Shown here: in pieces, positions 33,102 through 42,730 of the stretch
Layout of the letters: each line of letters begins with the position of its first letter
Numbering within the stretch: the first letter of the stretch is position 1
IMG/VR virus record: IMGVR_UViG_3300006201_000024
From: a virus
Strand: one strand, 5' to 3'
Length of the DNA stretch: 56,911 nucleotides
Position numbers and translations under genes: made by a program
The notes under the pieces: generated by a model
What the model saw: the letters and a program-made list of their open reading frames with translations, nothing else
Database searches by the model: none
Told to the model about the DNA's origin: nothing

Positions 33102-34680
33102 AATATTTAGGGAGATTTTGGACGAAGCAGATGAAGCGAAAAGGGCCGATCTGATTTCAAGCCTAAAGCTTAGGGCGAAAGAATTAGGGGTCAAAGGCAT
33201 ATTCGATGAAAAGATGAAAACCTATCAGAAGCTTGATAAGGAAACGAAAAAGCAGTATAAAGGCGGCGTTTCTTCTAACAGCGCGCCACCGGATTCTAAT
33301 ATTTCTGAAGTTTTGCAAATGCTTGATTACAAAATTGAGTATGACAATGACGGAAATGAGAAAAGCAGAAAGTTGCAGCAGACCGTCAGAAACTTTGAAA
33401 TCATCATGGATAATGACAGCAGATTTGCAGGGAAAATTAAATTTGATGAATTTTCAAGGCAAGAATATCTGATGGGAGAAATCCCGTGGGAAAGCGAAAA
33501 TTGCGACCGTGCATGGGGAAGTCATGATGATGCAGCGCTGTATTCTATCATACAGACAGATTATGGAGTTAAAAACAGGAATGATTATTTTGATGCTATC
33601 AAAAATGTGTCTATGAGAAACAAATTTCACCCAGTACGGGACATTCTGGATGGCCTAAAATTTGATGGAGAAGAGCATATACGAAGCTTGCTGCCGGACT
33701 ATTTAGGCGTGGAAGATACAGAGTATTCCTATCAGGTCATGCGCTTATGGATGCTGGGAGCCGTTGCAAGAGTGTATGAACCTGGCTGCAAGTTTGACTA
33801 TACAATGATTTTTACTGGCCCACAAGGATTAGGAAAAAGTACGTTCCTTAAAATGATGTCATTAAATGATAGCTGGTTTAATGATTCCCTTGACAGTCTT
33901 GATTCTGACAAGGCGGCACAATCGCTCATGGGTTCGTGGATTGTGGAACTGGCAGAGCTTAAATCTTTGGCGCGGACTGCCGGCGGTGTGGAGAGCGTGA
34001 AGCGGTTCTTGACGGCTGTGCAGGACAAGTACCGTGTCCCATACGAACGCAGGGCAGATATATTCCTGCGGCAGTGCGTGTTTGCCGGAACCACGAATAA
34101 GAGTGACTTCCTGCAAGATGAAACTGGGAACCGCCGTTTTCTGATTATTCAGACTGGCGTAAACAAGCCTACAAGGAGCCTTTTCGTCCCAGAAGCCATA
34201 GAGGATATGAAAGCAGCATGGGCGCAGGCAGTACATATCTGGAAAGAGGAAAGGCCAGAACTGCTCCTGCCGGATTCATGCCGGGACGAGGCGCAGCGGT
34301 TGCAGGATGAAAGCATGGCTGATGATGGGAAAGTGGGAATCATTACGCAGTTTTTGGAGAATAAACAGCGTACTTGCGTGCTTGAGATTTGGAAAGCTGC
34401 ACTGGAAAGACCTGATATTCCTAAAAAATGGGAATCGTCTGAAATAATGGACATAGTTTTATCAATTCCCGGATGGCAAAAGATGAAAAATTCTACAACT
34501 TTTGGTGAGTATGGAAAGCAAAAAGGACTGCAAAAAGTCAACCAAGTGTCAACCAAGTGTCAACCAAGTGCTACCAACTCATTAAAAAATGGAGAAAATT
34601 TGGAAGATAATTGCCAAAATTCAGCAGATGGCTTTATTTCAGTTGAAGATTTTGAACAGGAAGAATTGCTGTTTCAATAG
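33055..34680 (+). CDS. VirE/VapE-family primase-helicase-like P-loop protein
   Basis: 541 aa; GPQGLGKSTFLKMM Walker A; VFAGTTN...GNRRFLII. Confidence 0.85.
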   Translation: MKSLNKLSKEEILSGEIFREILDEADEAKRADLISSLKLRAKELGVKGIFDEKMKTYQKLDKETKKQYKGGVSSNSAPPDSNISEVLQMLDYKIEYDNDGNEKSRKLQQTVRNFEIIMDNDSRFAGKIKFDEFSRQEYLMGEIPWESENCDRAWGSHDDAALYSIIQTDYGVKNRNDYFDAIKNVSMRNKFHPVRDILDGLKFDGEEHIRSLLPDYLGVEDTEYSYQVMRLWMLGAVARVYEPGCKFDYTMIFTGPQGLGKSTFLKMMSLNDSWFNDSLDSLDSDKAAQSLMGSWIVELAELKSLARTAGGVESVKRFLTAVQDKYRVPYERRADIFLRQCVFAGTTNKSDFLQDETGNRRFLIIQTGVNKPTRSLFVPEAIEDMKAAWAQAVHIWKEERPELLLPDSCRDEAQRLQDESMADDGKVGIITQFLENKQRTCVLEIWKAALERPDIPKKWESSEIMDIVLSIPGWQKMKNSTTFGEYGKQKGLQKVNQVSTKCQPSATNSLKNGENLEDNCQNSADGFISVEDFEQEELLFQ

Positions 34681-34902
34681 CAAAAATAAAAAAAGTTAGT
34701 TGCTTTAGTTGCTTTGGTTTACTTATTGAAGTCTTGAAACACTTGATTTTACTGGATTTCAACTAAGTCAACTAAGTCAACCACTATATTAAAAAAGTAT
34801 ACATATATAAATATATATAAGGAAGATAGTAGTAATAATAGTAAAAGAAAAATGTTTTTAATGTTTGTTGAAAAAACTGGTTGACTTGGTTGATATGGTT
34901 GC
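34536..34902. repeat. Iteron field 2 (origin-like)
   Basis: 3 tandem copies of GTCAACCAAGT (34537-34569, inside the VirE gene 3' end), 2x TTAGTTGCT, 2x AACTAAGTCAAC, an AT-rich block at 34785-34860, and inverted GGTTGACTTGGTTGA at 34878-34892. Confidence 0.75.
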
Positions 34903-34915
34903 AAAGGAGATTATC

Positions 34916-35161
34916 ATGCAGGAAAAAATAGAGGAGAGACATAAGGAAATTACACGTATTCAGAATACGATTTGGGCAATGTACAAGGATTTTCTGTCAG
35001 ACCATGATATGGCGGCGTACAACCGGAAGATGGGGGAACTGACAAAGGAATATTACGATAATAAAGATAAACAAATGCTGTCATTTTGTCAGAATATTTT
35101 AATCGCATGGTGCCCTATCATAAATGAATTTGCAGAAGAATTTAGGAAAGGTGATGGATAA
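34916..35161 (+). CDS. Hypothetical protein
   Basis: AAAGGAG plus ATG34916; the track start at 34865 lies within the iterons. Confidence 0.55.
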   Translation: MQEKIEERHKEITRIQNTIWAMYKDFLSDHDMAAYNRKMGELTKEYYDNKDKQMLSFCQNILIAWCPIINEFAEEFRKGDG

Positions 35162-35275
35162 TGGACTGCAAATATCCGAATTGCACAGAATGTGAGTTTT
35201 CTGACTGTGTGATGGAAAACGAAAATATTGTCATGAATGCGGACGGGCTATTGATTGGAGTTAGGCGGTGATACC

Positions 35276-36385
35276 ATGCGCAGAAAATGCCACACCTGCC
35301 TATGCTGGACATGCTTGAATGTATGTAAATGTGAGGGATGCACAGGGAAGAAAGAATCATGCGAGAGATACAGCGGTTTTAGGCAGCTTAGTATTTTCGA
35401 ACAGGGGATAAAACAGCATATGCGTATTCTGGTAGCTTGTGAGGAAAGCCAGCGTGTCTGCATAGAGTTCCGTCGGCTGGGGCACGAGGCATATTCCTGC
35501 GACATACAGCCGTGCAGCGGCGGGCATGAGGAATGGCATATACAGGACGATGTGCTTCTGCTGCTGAACGGAAACTGCGAATTTCTGACGGATGATGGTG
35601 CAGTACACAAGATCGCCGGAAGTTGGGATATGATAATTGCGTTCCCCCCGTGCACGCACCTGTCGTCTTCTGGAGCAAAACATTTTGATAAGAAACGCAG
35701 AGATGGCAGGCAGCAGCAGGGCGTAGACTTTTTTATGCGGTTTGTGAATGCGGACTGCGAGAGGATCGCAATCGAAAATCCTGTGGGAATCATGAGCACA
35801 AAATACAAAAAGCCGGACCAGATCGTGCATCCATGGATGTTTGGGGATGCTTTTGAAAAAAAAACGTGTCTATGGCTGAAAAACCTAAAAAAACTGGATC
35901 CCACAAAAATTGTAGATCCGCCGCCCAGACATATAACCTCTGGAGGAAAATCACTGCCGGAATGGTATTCCAAAGGCGGAAGGGACAGACAGAAGAATAG
36001 ATCTAAGACATTCCCAGGAATTGCAAAGGCTATGGCTGAACAGTGGGGTAAAGCAGACGAACTGCCAAAACCGCAGTGTCATTCGGTTCCCCGACACTCA
36101 TGGCAGCATTACGGAATCACCAAAGAGCGGTACCGTCAGCTGACAGAGTACATACAGTCCGGCAGATATGCCGCTGTGGCACGTCAGGCGGCTCATACAG
36201 CCAATGAAATGATTGAAGAGTATATTTTATTGTCCGTTAAGGAAAAACTCTCCTACGAGGGATTAGAGAAGCTGTGGGGGCGTGGGGAGATTGACCGAAT
36301 CCCATACTGTCGGACGGATTTTTACGGGATTAGGAGATTTTTTTTTAGTATTTTCAACGAAAAAATGAAGGAGGTGGGGAAATGA
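35276..36385 (+). CDS. DNA (cytosine-5) methyltransferase-like, with a Cys-rich N-terminus and an unknown C-terminal extension
   Basis: MRILVACEESQRV..GHEAYSCD; catalytic AFPPCTHLS; IENPVG; KKTCLWLKNL. Confidence 0.75.
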   Translation: MRRKCHTCLCWTCLNVCKCEGCTGKKESCERYSGFRQLSIFEQGIKQHMRILVACEESQRVCIEFRRLGHEAYSCDIQPCSGGHEEWHIQDDVLLLLNGNCEFLTDDGAVHKIAGSWDMIIAFPPCTHLSSSGAKHFDKKRRDGRQQQGVDFFMRFVNADCERIAIENPVGIMSTKYKKPDQIVHPWMFGDAFEKKTCLWLKNLKKLDPTKIVDPPPRHITSGGKSLPEWYSKGGRDRQKNRSKTFPGIAKAMAEQWGKADELPKPQCHSVPRHSWQHYGITKERYRQLTEYIQSGRYAAVARQAAHTANEMIEEYILLSVKEKLSYEGLEKLWGRGEIDRIPYCRTDFYGIRRFFFSIFNEKMKEVGK

Positions 36386-36636
36386 AAGTAGGAGATAATG
36401 TTACTTGGTACAGTTCCTGGACAAAAAAGAGCGGCATTGTTATTGCGGATATTCCAGCAGGAACGAACGTAAAAAAATATATTCCGGCCAGCGCAAAGAA
36501 AAGCCACTTGAAGATCAGCAAGGATATAAGCGCGGTTGACAGAATGCTTGTGGAGGTGAAAGCTGGGATGTATGGGCAGATTACACATTATTATGCCGCA
36601 AGGAAGAGCCTTTTGGTGGTAGAAAAAGAGGGTTAG
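36382..36636 (+). CDS. Hypothetical protein
   Basis: 84 aa; ATGA overlap with the methyltransferase gene. Confidence 0.55.
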   Translation: MKVGDNVTWYSSWTKKSGIVIADIPAGTNVKKYIPASAKKSHLKISKDISAVDRMLVEVKAGMYGQITHYYAARKSLLVVEKEG

Positions 36637-36656
36637 GAGATATTTTTGTTATTTAT

Positions 36657-37891
36657 TTGATTTTGAGGTTAAAAAACTTGGGAAATAAGCATACAATCAG
36701 CGACTTGAAGCAAATGCAGTCGCTGCCACTGCAAGCCAAAATCCAAATGACCCGGCGGCGGATAGCTGAATGGGTTGATGAATTTGGCGAAGATGGCGTA
36801 TATGTCAGTTTTAGCGGCGGCAAGGATAGTACGGTTTTGATTGACATTGTCCGAAAGGATTATCCGAACATCGAGGCGGTATTTGTGAATACTGGCTTGG
36901 AATATCCGTCAGTCAGACAGTTTGCATTGTCTAAAGAAAATGTGACAGAACTTAGACCGACAATGAATTTCCGAGATGTGATTATCAAATATGGGTATCC
37001 GATTATTGGAAAGAAACAGTCGAGGTTTATACATGATTTACAGACAGCTGGAGAACACAACAAAAGGACAGTTAATCTTAGACTAACTGGATTTAATCAA
37101 AAGGGAGTTTACTGTTCCACAATGAAACTTTCAAAAAAATGGCTGTTTATGAAAAATGCTCCGTTTTTTGTTTCTGACCAATGCTGCGATGTTATGAAGA
37201 AGAAACCCATGAAGAAAATTCAAAACGCAGGAAGAAAACCTATTATTGGAATATTGGCGGAAGAAAGTGATTTAAGGGAAAAAGAATGGAAAAAGAATGG
37301 CTGTAATGCTTTTGATGTTAAGCACCCAAGAAGCAACCCTATGTCCTTCTGGACAGAGCAAGATGTCCTCACATACATACATACAACCTTACCATTGCAG
37401 ACGCATATGGTCAAGTGGTTGTGAAAAATGATGGTATTGACGGGCAGATTAACATACATGACTATCTTGGAGATTATCGGAATTGCCAGTATGAAACAAC
37501 GGGGTGCAAGAGAACAGGTTGTATTTTCTGTGGATTTGGTATCACGCAAGACAAACAGCGGTTTGTAAGGCTTTCCGAACAAGAACCAAAGTTATGCGAT
37601 TATGTCATGCGTGGCGGCGAGTTTTGGCACAAGGTATTTGATAAAAATGGTTTTGAAGTTAAGTTAAAGCATTGTACTCACAAACAAATAGAAAAATGGT
37701 GTGTTGATAACAGCGGTAACGAGAATTTTAAAATCGAATCTGTGTGGCAACCGAGTAAAGATGGATTGGGTTATTGGTTTGTTCTGGAATGGCTGAATGT
37801 ATATGGAAATTTGGGAATTGGGATACCGAATTGGGCACATTATTACAAAAATTATAACACCAAAGAAGTGGATAAGCATTTAGGCGAATGA
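36657..37891 (+). pseudogene. PAPS reductase-family protein split by a frameshift in an (ACAT)n repeat
   Basis: ORF1 36657..37424 (VYVSFSGGKDSTVL; FWTEQDVLTYIH) and the -1-frame ORF2 ending at 37891 (YNLTIADAYGQVV; TGCKRTGCIFCGFG); junction at ACATACATACATAC, 37371-37384. Confidence 0.7.
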
Positions 37892-37896
37892 ATAAC

Positions 37897-37930
37897 TTGG
37901 TACAACTCCCTCCTAAATCTCCTGTAAAAT
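37897..37930 (+). promoter_or_regulatory. Dispersed phage promoter-like motif, copy 5
   Basis: TTGGTACAA (37897-37905), 19 nt, TGTAAAAT (-10 at 37925-37930). Confidence 0.55.
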
Positions 37931-37945
37931 AGAATTAGGGGATTT

Positions 37946-37953
37946 GGGGGGGG
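37946..37953 (+). repeat. Poly-G tract, G8, in a G-rich 5' leader
   Basis: aGGGGatttGGGGGGGGagtgtGGaGGGaaaGGG between the putative -10 and ATG37975. Confidence 0.9.
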
Positions 37954-37974
37954 AGTGTGGAGGGAAAGGGAAAT

Positions 37975-38424
37975 ATGAATGATTTAGGAAAACAGATATG
38001 CAGATGTATAGTAGGTGCTTGTGATGATACATGCAGACATTATGATGCAGAAAAATCATGCTGTGTCGGATATGAGGAAGTAGTACAGCAAGCAGAAAAA
38101 GTATTTTCAGAATATGAGGGTTATAAAGACTTAGAGGAACAAAACAGACTGATTAAACTGCCTTGTGCGGTGGGTGATACGGTGCATCATTTATGTACTT
38201 TTAAAAACGGAGAATCAGAAATAATTGAAATGAAAGTTGAATGCGTTGAGCCGTGTGGAGCAATCAGGCAGCACAAGGGAGTATGCGAAATTTGGAACGT
38301 GTACGCAGAAACAGATTATACAAAAGCATATTTTAAATTCTTTGATTTCGGAAAAACTGTTTTCCTCACCAAAGAAGAAGCCGAAGCCGCATTGAAAGAA
38401 TTGGAGAGGGGCAAGGGAGAATGA
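37975..38424 (+). CDS. Hypothetical Cys-rich protein
   Basis: ATG37975 after GGAGGGAAAGGG; C-terminus FGKTVFLTKEEAEAALKE. Confidence 0.6.
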   Translation: MNDLGKQICRCIVGACDDTCRHYDAEKSCCVGYEEVVQQAEKVFSEYEGYKDLEEQNRLIKLPCAVGDTVHHLCTFKNGESEIIEMKVECVEPCGAIRQHKGVCEIWNVYAETDYTKAYFKFFDFGKTVFLTKEEAEAALKELERGKGE

Positions 38425-38762
38425 GTAATGTTTTAATTGACAGAAATGCAGTAATGGATTATTTAAGAGAACAACAAGCAAATGTCATTATAGAGAAAAA
38501 TAAAAACGGGTTTGTCAATGCAGATGTTTGTGACGGAATGAGTTCTGCAATAGGTGCTTTTATGAATTTTATTCTGCAAATCCCTACCGCCTATGACGTG
38601 GATAAGGTTGTGGAGCGGTTAGAAGAAAATGCAAAATATTCTCAGAGCGAAGCGGACGAACTTGCACAGGTGGGAGACTGGGGGACTGCAACAGAATTAC
38701 AGGGAAAAGCAGCGGCGTATAGAGATGCGGCTAAAACAGTAAAATCCGGCGGCATTGAATGA
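38421..38762 (+). CDS. Hypothetical protein
   Basis: 113 aa; ATGA overlap with the upstream gene. Confidence 0.55.
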   Translation: MSNVLIDRNAVMDYLREQQANVIIEKNKNGFVNADVCDGMSSAIGAFMNFILQIPTAYDVDKVVERLEENAKYSQSEADELAQVGDWGTATELQGKAAAYRDAAKTVKSGGIE

Positions 38763-38830
38763 AATCGGTGAGCGTATGGGCGGTGTAACATGGATAAGCT
38801 AACTCCAAAACAGAAAGCAAAGGTGAGGAT

Positions 38831-39079
38831 ATGACAGAAAGACAGTTGGAAAGATTGGATATTATCGAACAGTTAATCGGGAATACGAGAGGTATTGGAG
38901 AAACCAACGCAGACAATAAAGCGTTAAGCAATATTGATTTTGCGGCTGCTGTTCTGGAAGATATTATAACATCGCTTGAGGAAAATGCGAGGTATAATGG
39001 ATTTGAAGCTAGCAGGCGGGAAATCAGAGATAAGTCGAAGACGGTGCTTAAGGATATAGTGGACATTATTGCAGATTGA
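38831..39079 (+). CDS. Hypothetical protein
   Basis: 82 aa; SD AAGGTGAGGA. Confidence 0.55.
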   Translation: MTERQLERLDIIEQLIGNTRGIGETNADNKALSNIDFAAAVLEDIITSLEENARYNGFEASRREIRDKSKTVLKDIVDIIAD

Positions 39080-39090
39080 GGTGATAGAAA

Positions 39091-39600
39091 GTGGCTTCCA
39101 GGCTGACAGATAAACAGAAAAAAGAAATAATTGCTGATTATGTGGAGTCTGGCAGCTATAGAGCAACAGCAAAGAAATTTGGGGTGTCGGATAACACTGT
39201 AAAAAAGATTTGCAATGAAAATGCGCAGATTGCGCAGAAGTGCGCAGAAAAAAGAGAGCAGAATACCGCTGACATTCTGGACTATATGGAATCCAGAAAA
39301 GATAAGGCGAAAGATGTTTTAGACGCTTACATAGAAGCTCTGAAAAAGCCAGAGAAAATACAGGCTGCGAAGCTGTCAGAGATTGCTACTGCAATGGGGA
39401 TTGTGATAGATAAGTTCATCAACAACCCCATGAAGCACCAGCTTGACAGGCAGAAGCTTGAAATCGAACTCCTGAAGCTGGAAAGCCAGGTCAAGGACAG
39501 ACAGCCAGAGGAAGAAGCAGAGGATAATTTCATGGACGCTCTGAATGGAACGGCGGCGGAAGTGTGGGAGGAAAGTGAGGTAGAGGAAGATGAAGATTGA
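39091..39600 (+). CDS. terS: Terminase small subunit (HTH)
   Basis: LTDKQKKEIIADYVESGSYRATAKKFGVSDNTVKK HTH; acidic C-terminus; upstream of the large subunit. Confidence 0.6.
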   Translation: MASRLTDKQKKEIIADYVESGSYRATAKKFGVSDNTVKKICNENAQIAQKCAEKREQNTADILDYMESRKDKAKDVLDAYIEALKKPEKIQAAKLSEIATAMGIVIDKFINNPMKHQLDRQKLEIELLKLESQVKDRQPEEEAEDNFMDALNGTAAEVWEESEVEEDED

Positions 39601-40063
39601 TTTAACGAAATTAGAAAAGAAGTTTTGGTTTGAAGATGAACATGGAAATGAGGTAAGCGGAGATAATCCTAACGCCTGCTATTACAGACGTTGCTTTCCG
39701 TTGGAACTGCACCAAGTTCTTGACGAATACTGTTACCACCCGAAAAATCCGATTATTAAATTACTTTGCAGAAAAAGCAGGAGATTTGATAAGTGGATTT
39801 CAAAGGGAAAGCCAAAGACATTCAAAACTATTCTTGATTGCACAACTACATACGGTAGCGGTCAAGAATGTATCGTTGCTATGGTAAACAGCGGAGACTA
39901 TACACTTGAACAGGCGATATGGATATATGCTAACGCTTGCGAACGGTGTATGAATGTTCTTCTATACAAATACCTTGACGGAAAAGATGGGTATGTGGAG
40001 TTTTCCGAGGAATGGAAGAAAGCAAATACAGAATGTGACTTTTGCAAAGGAGATAGTCATTGA
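39590..40063 (+). CDS. Hypothetical Cys-rich protein inserted between the terminase subunit genes
   Basis: 157 aa; overlaps both neighbours. Confidence 0.55.
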   Translation: MKIDLTKLEKKFWFEDEHGNEVSGDNPNACYYRRCFPLELHQVLDEYCYHPKNPIIKLLCRKSRRFDKWISKGKPKTFKTILDCTTTYGSGQECIVAMVNSGDYTLEQAIWIYANACERCMNVLLYKYLDGKDGYVEFSEEWKKANTECDFCKGDSH

Positions 40064-41382
40064 GTGACATAAACACCCGCATAGAAAACATCCGCAAAGG
40101 CATAGCAAATCGTGCAGCCGCCATGAAAGCAAAGGTGCAGAAGCAAGGTTTTCAGTTTAAGCCATTCTCAGCCAAGCAAAAGAAAGTCCTTACATGGTGG
40201 TGCCCTGCAAGTCCGGTCAAGGATATGGACGGGATCATAGCAGATGGGGCAATCAGGAGTGGTAAAACGCTGTCTATGTCGCTGTCATATGTGCTGTGGG
40301 CTATGAACAGCTTCAACCAACAGAATTTTGGTATGGCAGGAAAGACAATCGGCTCATTCCGGCGAAACGTCCTCTTTTGGCTGAAACTGATGCTTACGAG
40401 CAGAAAGTATACAGTGATAGACAAGAGAAGTGACAATCTGCTGATTGTAAGCAAGGGGGGTACGGTCAACTACTTTTACATATTTGGCGGAAAGGATGAA
40501 CGGTCACAGGATCTTATACAAGGTATTACCCTTGCCGGGTGCTTCTTTGATGAAGTGGCGCTCATGCCGGAATCCTTCGTCAATCAGGCGACGGGGCGTT
40601 GTTCGGTGGATGGTAGCAAATTCTGGTTTAACTGCAACCCAGATAATCCTCGTCACTGGTTTAAGGTCAACTGGATTGATAAGGCGGAGGAAAAGCGGCT
40701 TGTATATCTGCATTTCACGATGGACGATAATCTTTCCCTGTCAGAGCGCATAAAGGCACGATACCGTGGAATGTATGTGGGAGTATTCTTTAAGCGGTAT
40801 ATAGAGGGTATCTGGTGCGTTGCAGAGGGGCTTGTCTACTCCATGTTTGACGAGGACAAGCACGTCAAAGACAAGCGCATGACCGGGGAAAAAGAATGGG
40901 TTGTGTCCGTGGACTATGGAACTGTAAACCCGTTTGCCGCCGGCCTGTGGGCATTTGACGGGCGGCACGCGCAAAAGGAATATGAATATTATTATGACAG
41001 CAAAGAAACCGGAATCCGGCGAGATGATGAAACGCATTATCAGGAGATATGCAAGCTGATAGGAGATAAAAAGGTATCATTCATCATCGTTGACCCGTCC
41101 GCCGCTTCGTTTATTGAAACAATCAAGAAGCATAGTAAGTACATTGCCAAGGGTGCAGAAAATGACGTATTGGACGGAATACGGGTGCAGACCACATTCC
41201 TAAACAGAGGGATAATCAGCTATCACGAGGATTGTGAAGCGACCATAAATGAGTACGGGCTGTATTCATGGGATATGGAAAGCCCGGAAGACGCTGTGAT
41301 AAAGGAGTTCGACCACTGCATGGATTCTGACAGATATTTTTGCTATACATTCCTGCGGCGGCGGTTGAGGTGGAAGTATTAA
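40060..41382 (+). CDS. terL: Terminase large subunit (PBSX/Terminase_3-like)
   Basis: DGAIRSGKTLSMS Walker A; FFDEVALM Walker B; nuclease-half motifs; start codon (TTG40060 or ATG40123) uncertain. Confidence 0.9.
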   Translation: MSDINTRIENIRKGIANRAAAMKAKVQKQGFQFKPFSAKQKKVLTWWCPASPVKDMDGIIADGAIRSGKTLSMSLSYVLWAMNSFNQQNFGMAGKTIGSFRRNVLFWLKLMLTSRKYTVIDKRSDNLLIVSKGGTVNYFYIFGGKDERSQDLIQGITLAGCFFDEVALMPESFVNQATGRCSVDGSKFWFNCNPDNPRHWFKVNWIDKAEEKRLVYLHFTMDDNLSLSERIKARYRGMYVGVFFKRYIEGIWCVAEGLVYSMFDEDKHVKDKRMTGEKEWVVSVDYGTVNPFAAGLWAFDGRHAQKEYEYYYDSKETGIRRDDETHYQEICKLIGDKKVSFIIVDPSAASFIETIKKHSKYIAKGAENDVLDGIRVQTTFLNRGIISYHEDCEATINEYGLYSWDMESPEDAVIKEFDHCMDSDRYFCYTFLRRRLRWKY

Positions 41383-41411
41383 ATTGGCTATGTGGTAGAA
41401 AGGGGAAGGAT

Positions 41412-41732
41412 ATGAAAAACAGTATAAAAGCATTTAATATGCCGTTTGAAGCATGGTATAAAGATACGATTTTAGGAGAGCCGCATATATATGTTGGTAT
41501 GTACTATGAGAGCGGCGGCTGTGATGGTGAATTTAAAATCGTTTGGGATAATATTGGAATCCAGTTGAGAGCCTATGATGATTCATGGGAAGTATTGAGC
41601 CGTATGCCGGAACTGATTGACCTTATGGGAAGGATTCAGATTGAGGAATTGAAGCCGACAATTTCAGAATTTGCCAAGATGCTGAAAGGTATCGGGTTCA
41701 AGGACATTACGAAGCGTGAAAGAAAAGATTGA
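41412..41732 (+). CDS. Hypothetical protein
   Basis: GAAAGGGGAAGGA plus ATG41412. Confidence 0.55.
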   Translation: MKNSIKAFNMPFEAWYKDTILGEPHIYVGMYYESGGCDGEFKIVWDNIGIQLRAYDDSWEVLSRMPELIDLMGRIQIEELKPTISEFAKMLKGIGFKDITKRERKD

Positions 41733-41767
41733 AGCATCTGCCAATGTGGTAAGGAGAGGATAGGGAA

Positions 41768-41971
41768 ATGAATTGGATATATGCAGGCAACATTGAAAGA
41801 CCAAAGCAAGATGAAGAAGTGCTTTGTGATTTAGGAAAGGATTTTAATTTCGCTGTAATGGTTTATGATAAGGGAATTTTCTATGACACCAATATTGGAG
41901 AATATTACAATCTTGGAACTGATATAAAAAGATGGTGTCATATTGGAAAGCATTATGATGAGCAGTTTTGA
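41768..41971 (+). CDS. Hypothetical protein
   Basis: 67 aa; SD AAGGAGAGGA. Confidence 0.5.
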   Translation: MNWIYAGNIERPKQDEEVLCDLGKDFNFAVMVYDKGIFYDTNIGEYYNLGTDIKRWCHIGKHYDEQF

Positions 41972-41991
41972 CTATTGGGAGGATTGACAGA

Positions 41992-42540
41992 ATGAGCATT
42001 AGCGAACAGGTAAAGGAATTGAGGGAATTAGCAGACGGATACAAAATGGCCGATAGGCCACTTGCGGCGAATACGATTTATCAATCCGCCGACACCATAG
42101 AATCCCTCTCTGCAAAGCAGGAAAATGCATATTATGTAAAAAGAAATGGAAAAGATGATGTAATTGTGTCAATTATGTATAACAAGGCAGATAATAAATA
42201 TCATTTTGTAAACTTGTCAAAAAATCATATATGCACTTGCGGATTCGAAACGACAGAAGAAGCTATTGCAGATATGGAGCAGAGAAAAAATAATGGTTCC
42301 ATATGTGATTTTTATCTGATTGAGCAGTCAGCGGAGGATTGCGGCGGGTGGATTCCATGCAAGGAGAGATTGCCGGACAAAAAAGGCGACTATTGGATTA
42401 CATACACTTACGAATCTTATAAACATTTAAGGAAATGCGTTGGCGTATCGGCATTTATTGACGGTAAATTTACAAAATGCGGAATAAATATTATTGCTTG
42501 GAAACCTTGCGATACACCAGAGCCATACCATGAGCCTTGA
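41992..42540 (+). CDS. Hypothetical protein with a DUF551-like C-terminus
   Basis: GGGAGGA plus ATG41992; GWIPCKERLPDKKGDYWITY. Confidence 0.55.
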   Translation: MSISEQVKELRELADGYKMADRPLAANTIYQSADTIESLSAKQENAYYVKRNGKDDVIVSIMYNKADNKYHFVNLSKNHICTCGFETTEEAIADMEQRKNNGSICDFYLIEQSAEDCGGWIPCKERLPDKKGDYWITYTYESYKHLRKCVGVSAFIDGKFTKCGINIIAWKPCDTPEPYHEP

Positions 42541-42730
42541 CAAATCCATCGCCCACGGCAAAGAACACCGCAAGCCATACCGGAGAGCGAAAGCTATAGC
42601 GAAGCCGTGTCGAAATCATGGCATCTGTGAGTGGTGCAGAGGGAATCGAACACATAAGAACGATAAAAGGGAACTGCGGCAGGTGCAGGAGTTGGAAGAA
42701 TATGAGAGGGGCGGTGAAAGAGAGCTATGA
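42530..42730 (+). CDS. Hypothetical basic Cys protein
   Basis: 66 aa; PCRNHGICEWCRGNRTHK. Confidence 0.5.
   Translation: MSLDKSIAHGKEHRKPYRRAKAIAKPCRNHGICEWCRGNRTHKNDKRELRQVQELEEYERGGEREL

Noticed and set aside
37322-37424. Programmed -1 ribosomal frameshift joining the two PAPS reductase ORFs
   Set aside because: There is no X XXY YYZ slippery heptamer or downstream structure in the overlap. The homology switches frame exactly inside the ACAT repeat, which points to an indel.
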